DNA of 51,314 nt from Candidatus Peribacteria bacterium RIFCSPHIGHO2_01_FULL_55_13 (GCA_001788925.1 MFXS01000041.1:1-51314), one strand, 5' to 3'. Numbered from the stretch's first letter, positions 18,666 through 28,120 are shown. Notes: a model not told the origin generated them from the letters alone. Numbers and translations are program-made.

Positions 18666-20939
18666 GTGACTACTGACCCCATCCTCTCCCCTCTCAACGA
18701 AGCCCAGCGTGAAGCGGTTCTTCAGACGGAAGGACCTTCGTTTATTCTTGCCGGAGCGGGTTCGGGGAAAACACGGGCCCTCACGCACCGCATTGCGTTT
18801 CTCATCAGCAAAGGCGTGGAGCCCTGGCAGATTCTTGCGGTGACGTTCACCAACAAAGCGGCCAATGAGATGAAAGAAAGAGTCAGAAATCTGCTTCAGA
18901 TAACAGCACCGGAGGAATTCGGAATGCGGAATGCGGAATTCGGAATGAGTGGGGGTGCGAAATTACCGACCATGGGAACCTTCCACAGCGTCTGCGCGAG
19001 GATACTGCGCCGCGATATCGAGCATCTGGGCCGCGACCGAAGCTTTGTGATCTACGACGGCGATGATCAGGAGAAGCTGGTGAAAGAAATCCTCAAAGAA
19101 ATGAAGGTCGACGAGTCCGAACTCAAGGCGCGCGCGGCACTGAGCTATATCGGACGGTTCAAGTCCGAAGCAGTAAGCCCTGCGGAGGCGAAGCTCCAGG
19201 CAACAAGTGCCAAGATGCAACTCGTGATCAATGCCTATGCGCACTACGAAAAAGCATTGCGGACCAATAACGCTCTCGACTTCGACGACCTCTTGCTCGA
19301 AACCGTCCGCCTGTTCCATGAAGCCCCAAAGGTTCTTGAGCGTTACCAGAAAACGTGGCGATATCTTCTGATCGACGAGTATCAGGACACGAACCACGCG
19401 CAGTATCTCTTCGTGACGATGCTCGCCAAGGGGCACGGCAACCTTTGTGTGATCGGCGACCCCGATCAGTCCATCTACGCCTTCCGCGGCGCGGACATCC
19501 GCAACATCCTGGAGTTTAAAAAGGATTACCCCGCTGCGGTGCAGCACACACTGGACCGCAACTACCGCTCCACCCAGATGATTCTGACTGCGGCGGACGC
19601 CGTGATCGAGGCAAATCCGAGCAGGCCCGAAAAGAAAATGTGGACGGACCGCACCGAAGGGCCGAAGGTAATCGTCAACGAAGTACACGACGAGCGCGCG
19701 GAGGCCGATGACGCCGTACGAACGGCACTCAAACACCGAGGAGAAGGCATGCGCCTCAACGAGCAGGTGATCCTCTATCGCACCAACGCACAGTCGCGCC
19801 TCTTTGAAGAAGCGTGCATGCGCTCCGGCATCCCCTACCGCATCATCGGCGGGACGAAGTTCTACCTGAGGCGCGAAATCAAAGACGTGCTCGCCTATCT
19901 GCATGTGATTCTGAATCCCGGCGACTCGCTATCGCTGCTCAGGGTCATCAATGTCCCCAGTCGCAAGATTGGCGGGACGACGCTCGAACATTTGCAGGCT
20001 TTCTGCCGCGACCAGTCGATCATTTTGTGGGAAGCGCTGCAGCGGGCAAACGAGATCCCCGCGTTGCCGGAGGCGACCGCTGCGCGTTTGCAGAAATTCG
20101 CGGATCTGATTGTGCAGGCCAAGCTCAAGGCCGAACGCATACCGGTGACAGATCTCACACGCTGGCTGCTCGATACGATCGGAATGGAAAAATGGCTACG
20201 CGACGACACGGATGAAGGCGAAGACCGCTGGAGCAACATCGAAGAATTGCTCTCTGTCATGCGGAAATATGATCAGCTCGACCCGCAGACGTCGCTTCTG
20301 AGTTTCCTGGAGGAAGCGAGCCTGGTTTCGGAAGTGGATAAACTCAACGATACGAAAGACGACGCGCTGACATTGATGACCCTCCACCTTTGTAAAGGAC
20401 TCGAGTTCGAAGCGGTGACGATCGCCGGCTGCGAGGAGGGCATCTTCCCGCACAGCTCCTCCAGCTTTGATCCGGAGCAGCTCGAAGAGGAGCGGCGCAT
20501 CATGTACGTGGGAATGACGCGGGCGAAAACACATCTGCGGCTGCTGCTTACCCGAAGCCGCATGCTCTGGGGCGAGACCCGGTCAAATGCGGGAAGCCGC
20601 TTCCTGGATGATCTCCCCGAAAGCGTGACCGAACGCCGCAGCGACGACATCTTAAGCGCCTTCGCCTGGTCTTCGCGCACAATGGCGGAGAATGAACCGC
20701 GGCGCACCCGTCTGGAACCCTTCCGCCAGAACGAGGTGCATGTGGAATTCAATCAGGATCTTTCCTTCGCGGCCGAAGATGAAAACCAGGAAACGCTCGA
20801 AATCGGCGCGCGCGTCTCCCATTCCGTTTTCGGCGAAGGAACCGTCATCGCGCTGCGTGGCGACATCGCCACCGTCCGGTTTGATTCGGGAAAAGAGAAG
20901 ACGCTGGCGTTGAGTATTGCGCCGTTGAAGAGGTTGTAA
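18666..20939 (+). CDS. pcrA: ATP-dependent DNA helicase UvrD/PcrA
   Basis: AGAGSGKT, DEYQD, GDPDQSIYAFRGA, NYRST, EEERRIMYVGMTRA; C-terminal Tudor-like domain. Confidence 0.93.
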   Translation: MTTDPILSPLNEAQREAVLQTEGPSFILAGAGSGKTRALTHRIAFLISKGVEPWQILAVTFTNKAANEMKERVRNLLQITAPEEFGMRNAEFGMSGGAKLPTMGTFHSVCARILRRDIEHLGRDRSFVIYDGDDQEKLVKEILKEMKVDESELKARAALSYIGRFKSEAVSPAEAKLQATSAKMQLVINAYAHYEKALRTNNALDFDDLLLETVRLFHEAPKVLERYQKTWRYLLIDEYQDTNHAQYLFVTMLAKGHGNLCVIGDPDQSIYAFRGADIRNILEFKKDYPAAVQHTLDRNYRSTQMILTAADAVIEANPSRPEKKMWTDRTEGPKVIVNEVHDERAEADDAVRTALKHRGEGMRLNEQVILYRTNAQSRLFEEACMRSGIPYRIIGGTKFYLRREIKDVLAYLHVILNPGDSLSLLRVINVPSRKIGGTTLEHLQAFCRDQSIILWEALQRANEIPALPEATAARLQKFADLIVQAKLKAERIPVTDLTRWLLDTIGMEKWLRDDTDEGEDRWSNIEELLSVMRKYDQLDPQTSLLSFLEEASLVSEVDKLNDTKDDALTLMTLHLCKGLEFEAVTIAGCEEGIFPHSSSSFDPEQLEEERRIMYVGMTRAKTHLRLLLTRSRMLWGETRSNAGSRFLDDLPESVTERRSDDILSAFAWSSRTMAENEPRRTRLEPFRQNEVHVEFNQDLSFAAEDENQETLEIGARVSHSVFGEGTVIALRGDIATVRFDSGKEKTLALSIAPLKRL

Positions 20940-20940
20940 T

Positions 20941-21087
20941 TCCTCCATCCCCCGACCCCTTCCTCCACGGGAGGAAGGGGAGCTCAAGACAAGAGCATGA
21001 TGAAATTCCACACACTAAAGTTTTTGCATGCAAACAAAACAACAAACATCCCCCTCCTCCTGTGGAGGAGGGGGTAGGGGTGGAGGA
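20941..21087. repeat. Inverted pair of C/G-run palindromic repeats between convergent genes
   Basis: CCCCTTCCTCC-acg-GGAGGAAGGGG and CCCCCTCCTCC-tgt-GGAGGAGGGGG; a related copy lies at 43921-43970. Confidence 0.72.
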
Positions 21088-21099
21088 GTTTCACGGGAA

Positions 21100-22320
21100 T
21101 TAATACGAATAATACGTCCCCCGTATCACCGGTGCATCAGCCCCCACCCAATCGAAAGTCGTCGATCCGTCCGTCCATTGGATAGCTCCAGCGGACGTGG
21201 TCGTACCGGGTTCATTGAGGCTGACCTGGAGTGATGCGCGGTTGCCCGTGTTGCTAATGGCGATATCCGCAAGCAACGTAAGCCTGCGCGGACCGCTACT
21301 GAGTGATCCAAAAGAAGCGGAAAGCGGACACGTGATGGTCGAAGAGGAAATAGTGCAGCTGCTTCGGTCGCTGCTGCCATCGGCGATGATTTCGGCGTTG
21401 CTGAGGCTGACATTTCCCGTCTGGGAAAGCGTGAAACGAAGCTCCGTGAGCCGCAGGTCGGCGCTGCCGTCACCCCGGACCCCCATGAAACGGAACTTGC
21501 CGATTTCGCGGTCGCTACCGGAAAGCAGAGGTTCGTTCGTGGGACCGCCATTCATGATGGAAGTGATCACCGAACGCGCGATTTGGTGCGTGCTGAAGGT
21601 GCCCGTCAGGGATTGCGTGTAGCTCCGGTTGCTCCACACGCCGCTTCCTTCCAGCGACACGGAAGCAGCTGTGAGGAGTTCGGCGCTCACCCCGCCGGCA
21701 TCGCGGTTCTTGAGGACAGCCCGGATATAGAAGGAGTAATCCTCGCGATGTGGAACGACGATGTTTTTCGTCTTGAGATTCAGCACGTACGTCTTTCCGC
21801 CGCTGACAGACGAATCCAAGCGTGCGGAGCCCAAAAGCCATGCGTCGTGGTCGTAGATCAGAAGCTGGTCGACGGAGTGCACAGCGGTGTCCAGCGTCAC
21901 CGTGATGGTGGTGGCGCGCAGCGGCTCCGTATTGCTGAAGGCCTTCACGGACCCGAGCACAGGAGACGTTCCCCCCAACAGCACGATGCGTCCACCGAGC
22001 GACACATCCGGATACGGATCGCGGACGCCGGATACCGAGGAAACCGAAGAGCGGGAAGAAGACGCCGAGGAACGTGAGATGGAAGACAATCTGCGGTTGC
22101 GCCTGGCCACCGCGGCCCGAAGAGCACGGCGCGAAGGGTGCGATGCGACCGAGGAACGCGCTTTGGAGATCACCGGACTACCGGTGCGCACGAGTGTCGG
22201 GGTGATTCCCCTCATCTGTTCGATACTCTGAAGCGTCCACGCATGGGCGGGAACAGCGCTCAGTAAGCTGGCCGTCACGGTGGTGGCGGAAAGAAGTCGG
22301 CGAAAAGAAAGGTGGTCCAT
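21100..22320 (-). CDS. Secreted/surface protein with Ser-rich linker and two beta-rich repeats
   Basis: Signal peptide ending AHA, Ser/Arg linker, and two similar beta-rich segments (LLGG..PVLG.. / LLSG..REIG..). Confidence 0.75.
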   Translation of the reverse strand: MDHLSFRRLLSATTVTASLLSAVPAHAWTLQSIEQMRGITPTLVRTGSPVISKARSSVASHPSRRALRAAVARRNRRLSSISRSSASSSRSSVSSVSGVRDPYPDVSLGGRIVLLGGTSPVLGSVKAFSNTEPLRATTITVTLDTAVHSVDQLLIYDHDAWLLGSARLDSSVSGGKTYVLNLKTKNIVVPHREDYSFYIRAVLKNRDAGGVSAELLTAASVSLEGSGVWSNRSYTQSLTGTFSTHQIARSVITSIMNGGPTNEPLLSGSDREIGKFRFMGVRGDGSADLRLTELRFTLSQTGNVSLSNAEIIADGSSDRSSCTISSSTITCPLSASFGSLSSGPRRLTLLADIAISNTGNRASLQVSLNEPGTTTSAGAIQWTDGSTTFDWVGADAPVIRGTYYSY

Positions 22321-22354
22321 AGGTAAAGAGAGAATAGCGCAAAGACTGCGAAGG

Positions 22355-22384
22355 AGAAGACGAAGGTATAGAAGGTTTCTTACG
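22355..22384 (-). promoter_or_regulatory. ECF-sigma-type promoter cGTAAGA-N15-CGTCtt
   Basis: Same motif and spacing as 40807, 41681 and 43391. Confidence 0.7.
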
Positions 22385-22386
22385 TA

Positions 22387-22698
22387 TTATTCCCACTCTG
22401 ATGGTGTGGAAGCCTTCTTCAAATCACGTACAAGTTTTTGCACATGATCCTGCATTTTACCCAAACGTCGCCCTGCTTGATCTGCTTGCTTACGAAGCAA
22501 CAAAATAAGCTCTTCATCAGACGAAGTATCCATATCTTCCATGCGCATGCCACACCAACGCACACACATTTTCCTGATAGCTGCTTCAGCACCGCGAAGA
22601 TTTTTTAAGGATGCAACGGTGTTGCCGAATTGTGCCAGCCCCTCACCAGGAGCGGCATTTTGGGAATGTCCTGTCTGATGGAGTTCGGAGAGACTCAT
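22387..22698 (-). CDS. Hypothetical protein (helical)
   Basis: 103-aa ORF downstream of an attenuator-like leader. Confidence 0.6.
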   Translation of the reverse strand: MSLSELHQTGHSQNAAPGEGLAQFGNTVASLKNLRGAEAAIRKMCVRWCGMRMEDMDTSSDEELILLLRKQADQAGRRLGKMQDHVQKLVRDLKKASTPSEWE

Positions 22699-22719
22699 AG
22701 GAAGAAAAGAAAAGCAGAT

Positions 22720-22876
22720 AAAACCCCTCCTCTACTCGGGAAGGCGTCTCTGCCCTTTTGATCATTTGATCTTCAGGCAGCCAGGCACCTTCCCGCGCGC
22801 GGCGGGGTAAAGGGCACCGGCAGTGTTGCCTGAAGAAACATTACGGTTACTGTATCAGGAAATAGGGGGAATGCAA
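22720..22876 (-). promoter_or_regulatory. Promoter, Pro-rich uORF (22841-22773) and terminator/antiterminator
   Basis: TTGCAT-16-TACAGT; uORF MFLQATLPVPFTPPRAGRCLAA; GGGAAGGTG can pair with CGCCTTCCC of the terminator arm. Confidence 0.45.
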
Positions 22877-22879
22877 GAG

Positions 22880-23893
22880 CTACAGCTTTCCGGCTGCATC
22901 GAGCAATATGCGGCGCGTGTCCTCCCAACCGAGGCAAGCATCCGTGATGGAAACATGAGGATCCATGCCTAGTGTAATAGGCTGCTTCCCTGCCTTAATA
23001 TTGGATTCAACCATGAAACCACGCACGTTATTGTATTCCTCACGTTCGCGGATCATGCCATGCATGACGGCAATCAATACATCTTCCTGAAGAAGAGGAT
23101 CTTTGCCTTCTCCATTCATGGAATTATCGTGGCTTGCATCCACGATAATCGCAGGATTGATAACCTTAGCTGCTTTCAATAGCTTGTCGGCCTTGGCGAT
23201 GGAACGCGGACCATAATTGCTACCATCTCTACCTCCTCGGAGTATCAAATGCGCATAGGGGTTTCCTGTGGTCTCCACCTGATTTCTATGCAGTGCAAAT
23301 GTATGCGGAGCCTGAACAGCAAGGACTCCGTTCACACCGATTTCAATATCTCCACTTGTGGGGTTTTTTACTCCCACCGGGACATCGAGACCGGATGCGA
23401 CATAACGATGCTCCATGTCTTCGGCGCTCCGCGCACCAAGAGCGAGATAGCTCAGAGCATCATCAAAATATGGACCGTTGTGTGTGAAAAGCATTTCATC
23501 TGCAATCGGCAATTTAAGCGCCGTATCGCACATCATCCGCCGACATTCATGAATCCCACGGATAATATCCGGCGGGGCCAGTGGATCAGGTTGGTTCAGT
23601 GGTCCCGGCCAGCCCACCGTCGTCCTCGGTTTTTGAATATATGTTCGGAGAACAAGCAAAATCCTCTCTTCGATGTCTTCCTGCAGACGAGCGAGTCGGT
23701 CTGCATATTCCCGTACGGTATCGAAGGGGTACGCGGAACAGAGACCGGCGATCACCATAAGACGCTTGTCGCGCCCGGCAAGAATCTCCTCAATCATATG
23801 CCTGCGCTCCGGCACGTGATGCTCCGGAGTGATGGGATACTTCTGCACGATTTCTTCGGCAGGCGGTAGTGGTTGAACGATGCGGTTGGCCAT
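22880..23893 (-). CDS. DAHP synthase (3-deoxy-7-phosphoheptulonate synthase), AroF/G/H type
   Basis: KPRTTVGW, LGARS, ASGLDVPVGVKN, HLILRGG, VDASHDNS, MVESN, SITDACLGW. Confidence 0.93.
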   Translation of the reverse strand: MANRIVQPLPPAEEIVQKYPITPEHHVPERRHMIEEILAGRDKRLMVIAGLCSAYPFDTVREYADRLARLQEDIEERILLVLRTYIQKPRTTVGWPGPLNQPDPLAPPDIIRGIHECRRMMCDTALKLPIADEMLFTHNGPYFDDALSYLALGARSAEDMEHRYVASGLDVPVGVKNPTSGDIEIGVNGVLAVQAPHTFALHRNQVETTGNPYAHLILRGGRDGSNYGPRSIAKADKLLKAAKVINPAIIVDASHDNSMNGEGKDPLLQEDVLIAVMHGMIREREEYNNVRGFMVESNIKAGKQPITLGMDPHVSITDACLGWEDTRRILLDAAGKL

Positions 23894-23916
23894 GGAAATG
23901 AAGTTGGAAACGATAC

Positions 23917-23943
23917 AAAAACACCTTCCGGCTGGGAAGGCGC
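23917..23943 (-). terminator. Attenuator terminator upstream of DAHP synthase
   Basis: GCGCCTTCC-cagcc-GGAAGGTGT plus T-run. Confidence 0.8.
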
Positions 23944-23964
23944 TTGAGTGACTTTCTTCTGTTC

Positions 23965-24039
23965 TCAGTCACGCACGCAAACGCCTTCCGCCGTAAAGCT
24001 AAAGGTGTAAGCGCCGTAGTTGAGAGTCGAGTAGACCAT
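23965..24039 (-). CDS. Tyr/Phe-rich leader peptide MVYSTLNYGAYTFSFTAEGVCVRD
   Basis: 3 Tyr and 2 Phe; contains GGAAGGCG complementary to the terminator 5' arm; promoter TTGACT-16-TAAAAT just upstream. Confidence 0.75.
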   Translation of the reverse strand: MVYSTLNYGAYTFSFTAEGVCVRD

Positions 24040-24090
24040 GAACACCGTGATTTTAATTAAGAACAGAGTAAAGTCAAGGAAACGCCCCCT

Positions 24091-24903
24091 ATGCCAGAAG
24101 TTCGTGAATTCCTTCGGCGCCACGGAATACGACTCAATACCGATCTTGGGCAACATTTTCTAATCGACGAGGAGGTTCTCCGCAGTATCGTTGAAGCGGC
24201 TGGGATAGAGCCTACAGATCATGTGGTCGAAATCGGACCAGGCATCGGCGTGCTCACGGCAGAACTCCTCAAGCGCACAGCCAAAGTGACGGCAATCGAG
24301 TTGGACGAGAGAATGATCCCGCTGCTCAAAATATTTACTTCTGAGCAGCTGAGCAGCCAAGAAGCTGAGAAGCTCGTCGTGGTCCAGGGCAACGCCCTCC
24401 ACATTCCCATGCCTTCGGAGAAGTACCGCGTCGTCGCCAATATTCCCTACCACATCACCTCCCCTCTCCTGCGCCATGTATTTCTGGAGTCCCCCGTGCA
24501 TCCGGATTCGCTGACCCTTTTGATCCAACGCGAAGTCGCGGAGAAGATCTGTGATGCAGAAGACCGCGGACTCCTTACGATCCTCGTTGGCCTCTTCGGG
24601 AAACCTCGCATCATCCGAAAAGTTCCGCCGGGCTGCTTCCTTCCCCCGCCGGCCGTGGACTCCGCAGTGCTCCAGATCGACTGCTTCGATGCGCCTCTGG
24701 CAGGCCGGGAGACCATTGAGGAGGTCTTCCGAATGGTAAAGATCGGCTTCGGCCAAAAGCGGAAGATGCTGCGCAATACCTTCGGCCCGTTCCCCGAGCT
24801 CATGGAACGCCTTTCTTCGCTAGGGATAGACGAAAAACGGAGACCGCAGACTTTATCAATTGAAGAGTGGATCGCTTTGGCAAAGCTAAAAAGGAATGCT
24901 TAG
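24091..24903 (+). CDS. rsmA: 16S rRNA dimethyladenosine transferase
   Basis: LGQHFL, EIGPGIG, VANIPYHIT, QREVAE, PPPAVDS, QKRKML. Confidence 0.96.
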   Translation: MPEVREFLRRHGIRLNTDLGQHFLIDEEVLRSIVEAAGIEPTDHVVEIGPGIGVLTAELLKRTAKVTAIELDERMIPLLKIFTSEQLSSQEAEKLVVVQGNALHIPMPSEKYRVVANIPYHITSPLLRHVFLESPVHPDSLTLLIQREVAEKICDAEDRGLLTILVGLFGKPRIIRKVPPGCFLPPPAVDSAVLQIDCFDAPLAGRETIEEVFRMVKIGFGQKRKMLRNTFGPFPELMERLSSLGIDEKRRPQTLSIEEWIALAKLKRNA

Positions 24904-24909
24904 AAAGCA

Positions 24910-25034
24910 CTGTGTCGCTCTTCGATACCCTTCGACAAGCTCAGGACAGGCGCGCCGCCATGTCATGGTGAGTAGCCCGAGCGATAGCGAGGGCGTATCG
25001 AACCAGACTGGCGGCGCTACTCAGAGTGACACAG
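24910..25034. repeat. Composite nested palindromic repeat element
   Basis: Inverted ends CTGTGTCGCTCT/AGAGTGACACAG, with internal CCCTTCGACAAGCTCAGGAC and GTCATGGTGAG...TCGAACC units; a related unit lies at 14573-14595. Confidence 0.65.
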
Positions 25035-25053
25035 CACTGCATTTCGGATTTTC

Positions 25054-26469
25054 ATGCGTCCTTCCTTTATCGCCTCCCTCTTCATCGGCACATTTCTTTT
25101 TGCGACGTTCCTTCTGCAATGGTGGCAACTGGCCTCCTATCCTCTGTGGATCTGGACAGTCCTCGTCCTCTTCGGACTCGTCGGTCTCCTTGGTCTCAGT
25201 ATTCGCCGCCATTGCACCGGCCCCTGTCTGGTAATCGCACTCAGCATCGCTCTCTCCTTATGGACCGTCTCCCATGCCCACAAGAAATTCCAAGCACAAA
25301 CTCTTCCTCAATACACCGCGCAGAACATCACCCTCCTCGGTACTGTCACGGGAGGTCCATCCGGCAAACCTCCCGCTGCACTCTACCCCGTGCGCGTCGA
25401 AGCGATGGATAGCTCGGGAACATTGATCCCTGTAAGCGGTTCTGTGCTCATAGAAGACTACGGCGGCTGGCCGGAGTACCACATTGGAGATCGCATCCGC
25501 GCGGAAGGAATGCTGGAACTTCCCAAGAACTCCGAAGATTTCGATTACGGCCAGTATCTCCGGCTGCAGGGAATTTCGACGATTCTGAAACGGGCAAAAC
25601 TATCCCCTGTATCTGTAGGGGCATTGCATGCAATGCCCCTACCCCTCCGCCTACGCAGGATGCTGCAGTCGTCCAAAATCTGGTTCGAATCCCGCATCAA
25701 CCTCCTCTTTCCCGAGCCCGAAGCGGCACTCATCACCGGACTTCTTACTGGGGAACGGCGGGGGTTCAACAAACGCGTGCTCGATGATTTTGCGACAACC
25801 GGCCTCACACATCTTGTGGCGATCTCCGGGACGAACGTGACGATCATCATCGGCATTCTCGGCGGACTCCTCTTCTGGCTGCCGCTCAAGTGGCGATTTT
25901 TTCCGCAAGTGATCGCCATCGCGCTCTTCACGCTCTTTGTGGGTGCTTCGGCATCGGTTGTCCGCGCTTCGGTGATGGGAATCCTGGGGCTGACCGCTCT
26001 CGAACTCGGTCGCATCCGCGATACACGTCTTGCGATCCTGTGGACGGCCTTCTTCATGACGCTCTGGAAGCCGGAGCAGCTCTGGTGGGACGCGGGATTT
26101 CAATTATCGTTCGCCGCCGTGATCGGCGTGACGGAGATTGGCCCGCGATTTCAGAAAGCATTCTCCAAAATTCCCGAAACGCTCGGCCTCCGAGACAGTC
26201 TCGCGATGACACTTGCCGCGCAGATCACGACGCTTCCGGTAAGTATCCTCACGTTCGGCCGTGTTTCGCTGATTGCACCGCTCAGCAATATCCTTGCAGC
26301 GCCGCTCGTTCCAATTGCGATGCTCTTTGGATTTCTGGGGACGATCGCAAGCATTGTGTGGTTCCCGCTCGGGCAGCTCGTAGGATTTGCGGGGTATGGA
26401 GCGGCGGAGTGGATTACGGGGACCGCGAGTATGTTGGCAAAGGTGCCCTTTGCGGCAGTGGGATGGTGA
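25054..26469 (+). CDS. comEC: ComEC/Rec2 competence protein (OB and Competence domains, no beta-lactamase-like domain)
   Basis: GLTHLVAISG.N, SASVVRASVM, DAGFQLSF. Confidence 0.92.
   Translation: MRPSFIASLFIGTFLFATFLLQWWQLASYPLWIWTVLVLFGLVGLLGLSIRRHCTGPCLVIALSIALSLWTVSHAHKKFQAQTLPQYTAQNITLLGTVTGGPSGKPPAALYPVRVEAMDSSGTLIPVSGSVLIEDYGGWPEYHIGDRIRAEGMLELPKNSEDFDYGQYLRLQGISTILKRAKLSPVSVGALHAMPLPLRLRRMLQSSKIWFESRINLLFPEPEAALITGLLTGERRGFNKRVLDDFATTGLTHLVAISGTNVTIIIGILGGLLFWLPLKWRFFPQVIAIALFTLFVGASASVVRASVMGILGLTALELGRIRDTRLAILWTAFFMTLWKPEQLWWDAGFQLSFAAVIGVTEIGPRFQKAFSKIPETLGLRDSLAMTLAAQITTLPVSILTFGRVSLIAPLSNILAAPLVPIAMLFGFLGTIASIVWFPLGQLVGFAGYGAAEWITGTASMLAKVPFAAVGW
25615..25642. repeat. Perfect 28-bp GTAG-type REP palindrome inside comEC
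   Basis: GTAGGGGCATTGCA-TGCAATGCCCCTAC. Confidence 0.8.
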
Positions 26470-27003
26470 TCACCATTTGTAGACCCGCACCGCCCTCTCA
26501 CTCCCCATCCACGGAACTTTCACTTCGTGTTCCGGTTGCTTCCCGGGAATTTTAAACACGTACGCGACAACGCGTGTACCGGGACGAAGTTCCTGATCGA
26601 ATTTTTCTTTGAGCTTCTCCATCAGACTGGGAATCAGATAGAGGAACACGCAGTCCGCGTCCTGAAGATCGCAGTGGAGGATGTTCTGAAACCGCAGCGT
26701 CACCTTCTGCCGGGATTGGAGGATATTCATCTTCCCCAATGCCCACACGGTGGGGATCAATTCACAGCCGATCGCTTCGATGCCCGGCTCTTTCCGTTTC
26801 GCGGCGATGAGGAGACGCGCGTCCCCCGCCCCAAGATCGTAGACGCGGTCCCCGGGCTTCAGATATGCGAGCTCCACCATCTCTTTGACGACTGCATGAG
26901 GAGTCGGCACGTAGACCACCGGCACCCAGAGGTGCGCGATGAAGGTGATCGCAATAAGGAGCGTCATCACGACAAGGCCGGCGAGCGCGAGATCGGCGAG
27001 CAC
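26470..27003 (-). CDS. Membrane-anchored class I SAM-dependent methyltransferase
   Basis: N-terminal TM, YVPT, DLGAGDARL, ADCVFLYL, ELRPGTRVV. Confidence 0.88.
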   Translation of the reverse strand: MLADLALAGLVVMTLLIAITFIAHLWVPVVYVPTPHAVVKEMVELAYLKPGDRVYDLGAGDARLLIAAKRKEPGIEAIGCELIPTVWALGKMNILQSRQKVTLRFQNILHCDLQDADCVFLYLIPSLMEKLKEKFDQELRPGTRVVAYVFKIPGKQPEHEVKVPWMGSERAVRVYKW

Positions 27004-27077
27004 GGGAAAAGCCTACCCGTCTTGCGTTGGGGAGGCATCCCGATCCGGAAATGATGTTCTGGATATTCTGGTGGCAA

Positions 27078-27326
27078 TTACGCCGCCATGGACTCGTCTT
27101 CAACCGGAGCCTCGGCCACATCATCATTGCCGCTGACGGCGCTGACGTTTTCAGCCTTGGGTCCCTTGTCGCCTTTGACAATGTCGAACTGCACTTTCTG
27201 GCCGATCTCGAACATCTCATACTGGCCGTTGCAGGCGCTGTGATGGAAGAACACATCGTCGGATCCCTCGACGGTGATGAATCCGAAACCCTTTTCGGTC
27301 TTGGTCTTGATAATACCTGTCGTCAT
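27078..27326 (-). CDS. Cold-shock domain protein with acidic tail
   Basis: RNP1 KGFGFI, RNP2 VFFH, KGPKAENV. Confidence 0.93.
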   Translation of the reverse strand: MTTGIIKTKTEKGFGFITVEGSDDVFFHHSACNGQYEMFEIGQKVQFDIVKGDKGPKAENVSAVSGNDDVAEAPVEDESMAA

Positions 27327-27454
27327 GTAAGTAGGAGTAGAAAAAATAAAAGCGTCTAAAAGACAGGTGATTGTAGCACGACGCAATGTGGGAGAGATAC
27401 CCCGGAGCAAGAAGTTTCCAGAGATAATTTTTGGCACAATGGTACAATTTTTCC

Positions 27455-28030
27455 ATGAAGACCACTCGCCTCGAGGCATTCAGCGATGCCGTCATCGCCA
27501 TCCTCATCACCATCATGGTGCTTGAACTCAAGATTCCCCAGGGTGAGGATATCGCAGCATTGCTGCCCACCTTGCCCCTATTTCTCGGGTACGTATTGAG
27601 CTTTGTATTCCTCGCAATCTATTGGAACAATCATCACCACCTGCTGCAGGTTGCCGATCATGTCGACGGACGCATTCTCTGGGCAAACATGCACCTCCTC
27701 TTCTGGCTTTCCTTGGTTCCCGTCACAACCGCGTGGATGGCCGAGACGCACTTCGCCATGATCCCGACCGCATTCTATGGCGTGGTCCTCCTGCTCGCCG
27801 CAATCAGCTATTCGTTTCTGGTCATGGCTATCAACGCTCACAGCGACGCCAATCATCTTCTGCGAAAAGCTATCGGACGTGACTTCAAAGGAAAGGTTTC
27901 CATCGCGATCTATGTCCTTGCCGTTGTCCTCACGGGTGTGCACCAGTGGATCTCCCTCGCTCTGTACGCGCTCGTCGCCCTGATGTGGCTCATTCCGGAC
28001 CGCAGAATCGAGAGAGTTCTTGGGCACTGA
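27455..28030 (+). CDS. TMEM175-family potassium channel
   Basis: RLEAFSDAVIAILITIMVL, YWNNHH. Confidence 0.92.
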   Translation: MKTTRLEAFSDAVIAILITIMVLELKIPQGEDIAALLPTLPLFLGYVLSFVFLAIYWNNHHHLLQVADHVDGRILWANMHLLFWLSLVPVTTAWMAETHFAMIPTAFYGVVLLLAAISYSFLVMAINAHSDANHLLRKAIGRDFKGKVSIAIYVLAVVLTGVHQWISLALYALVALMWLIPDRRIERVLGH

Positions 28031-28120
28031 TGACAAAATCTCCTCGCTGCGGCAAATCCGAAAAAAAGCTGTGACGCCATTGCCGGATTGCTATACTACG
28101 TACGCGTTCATTTTGCTCCC

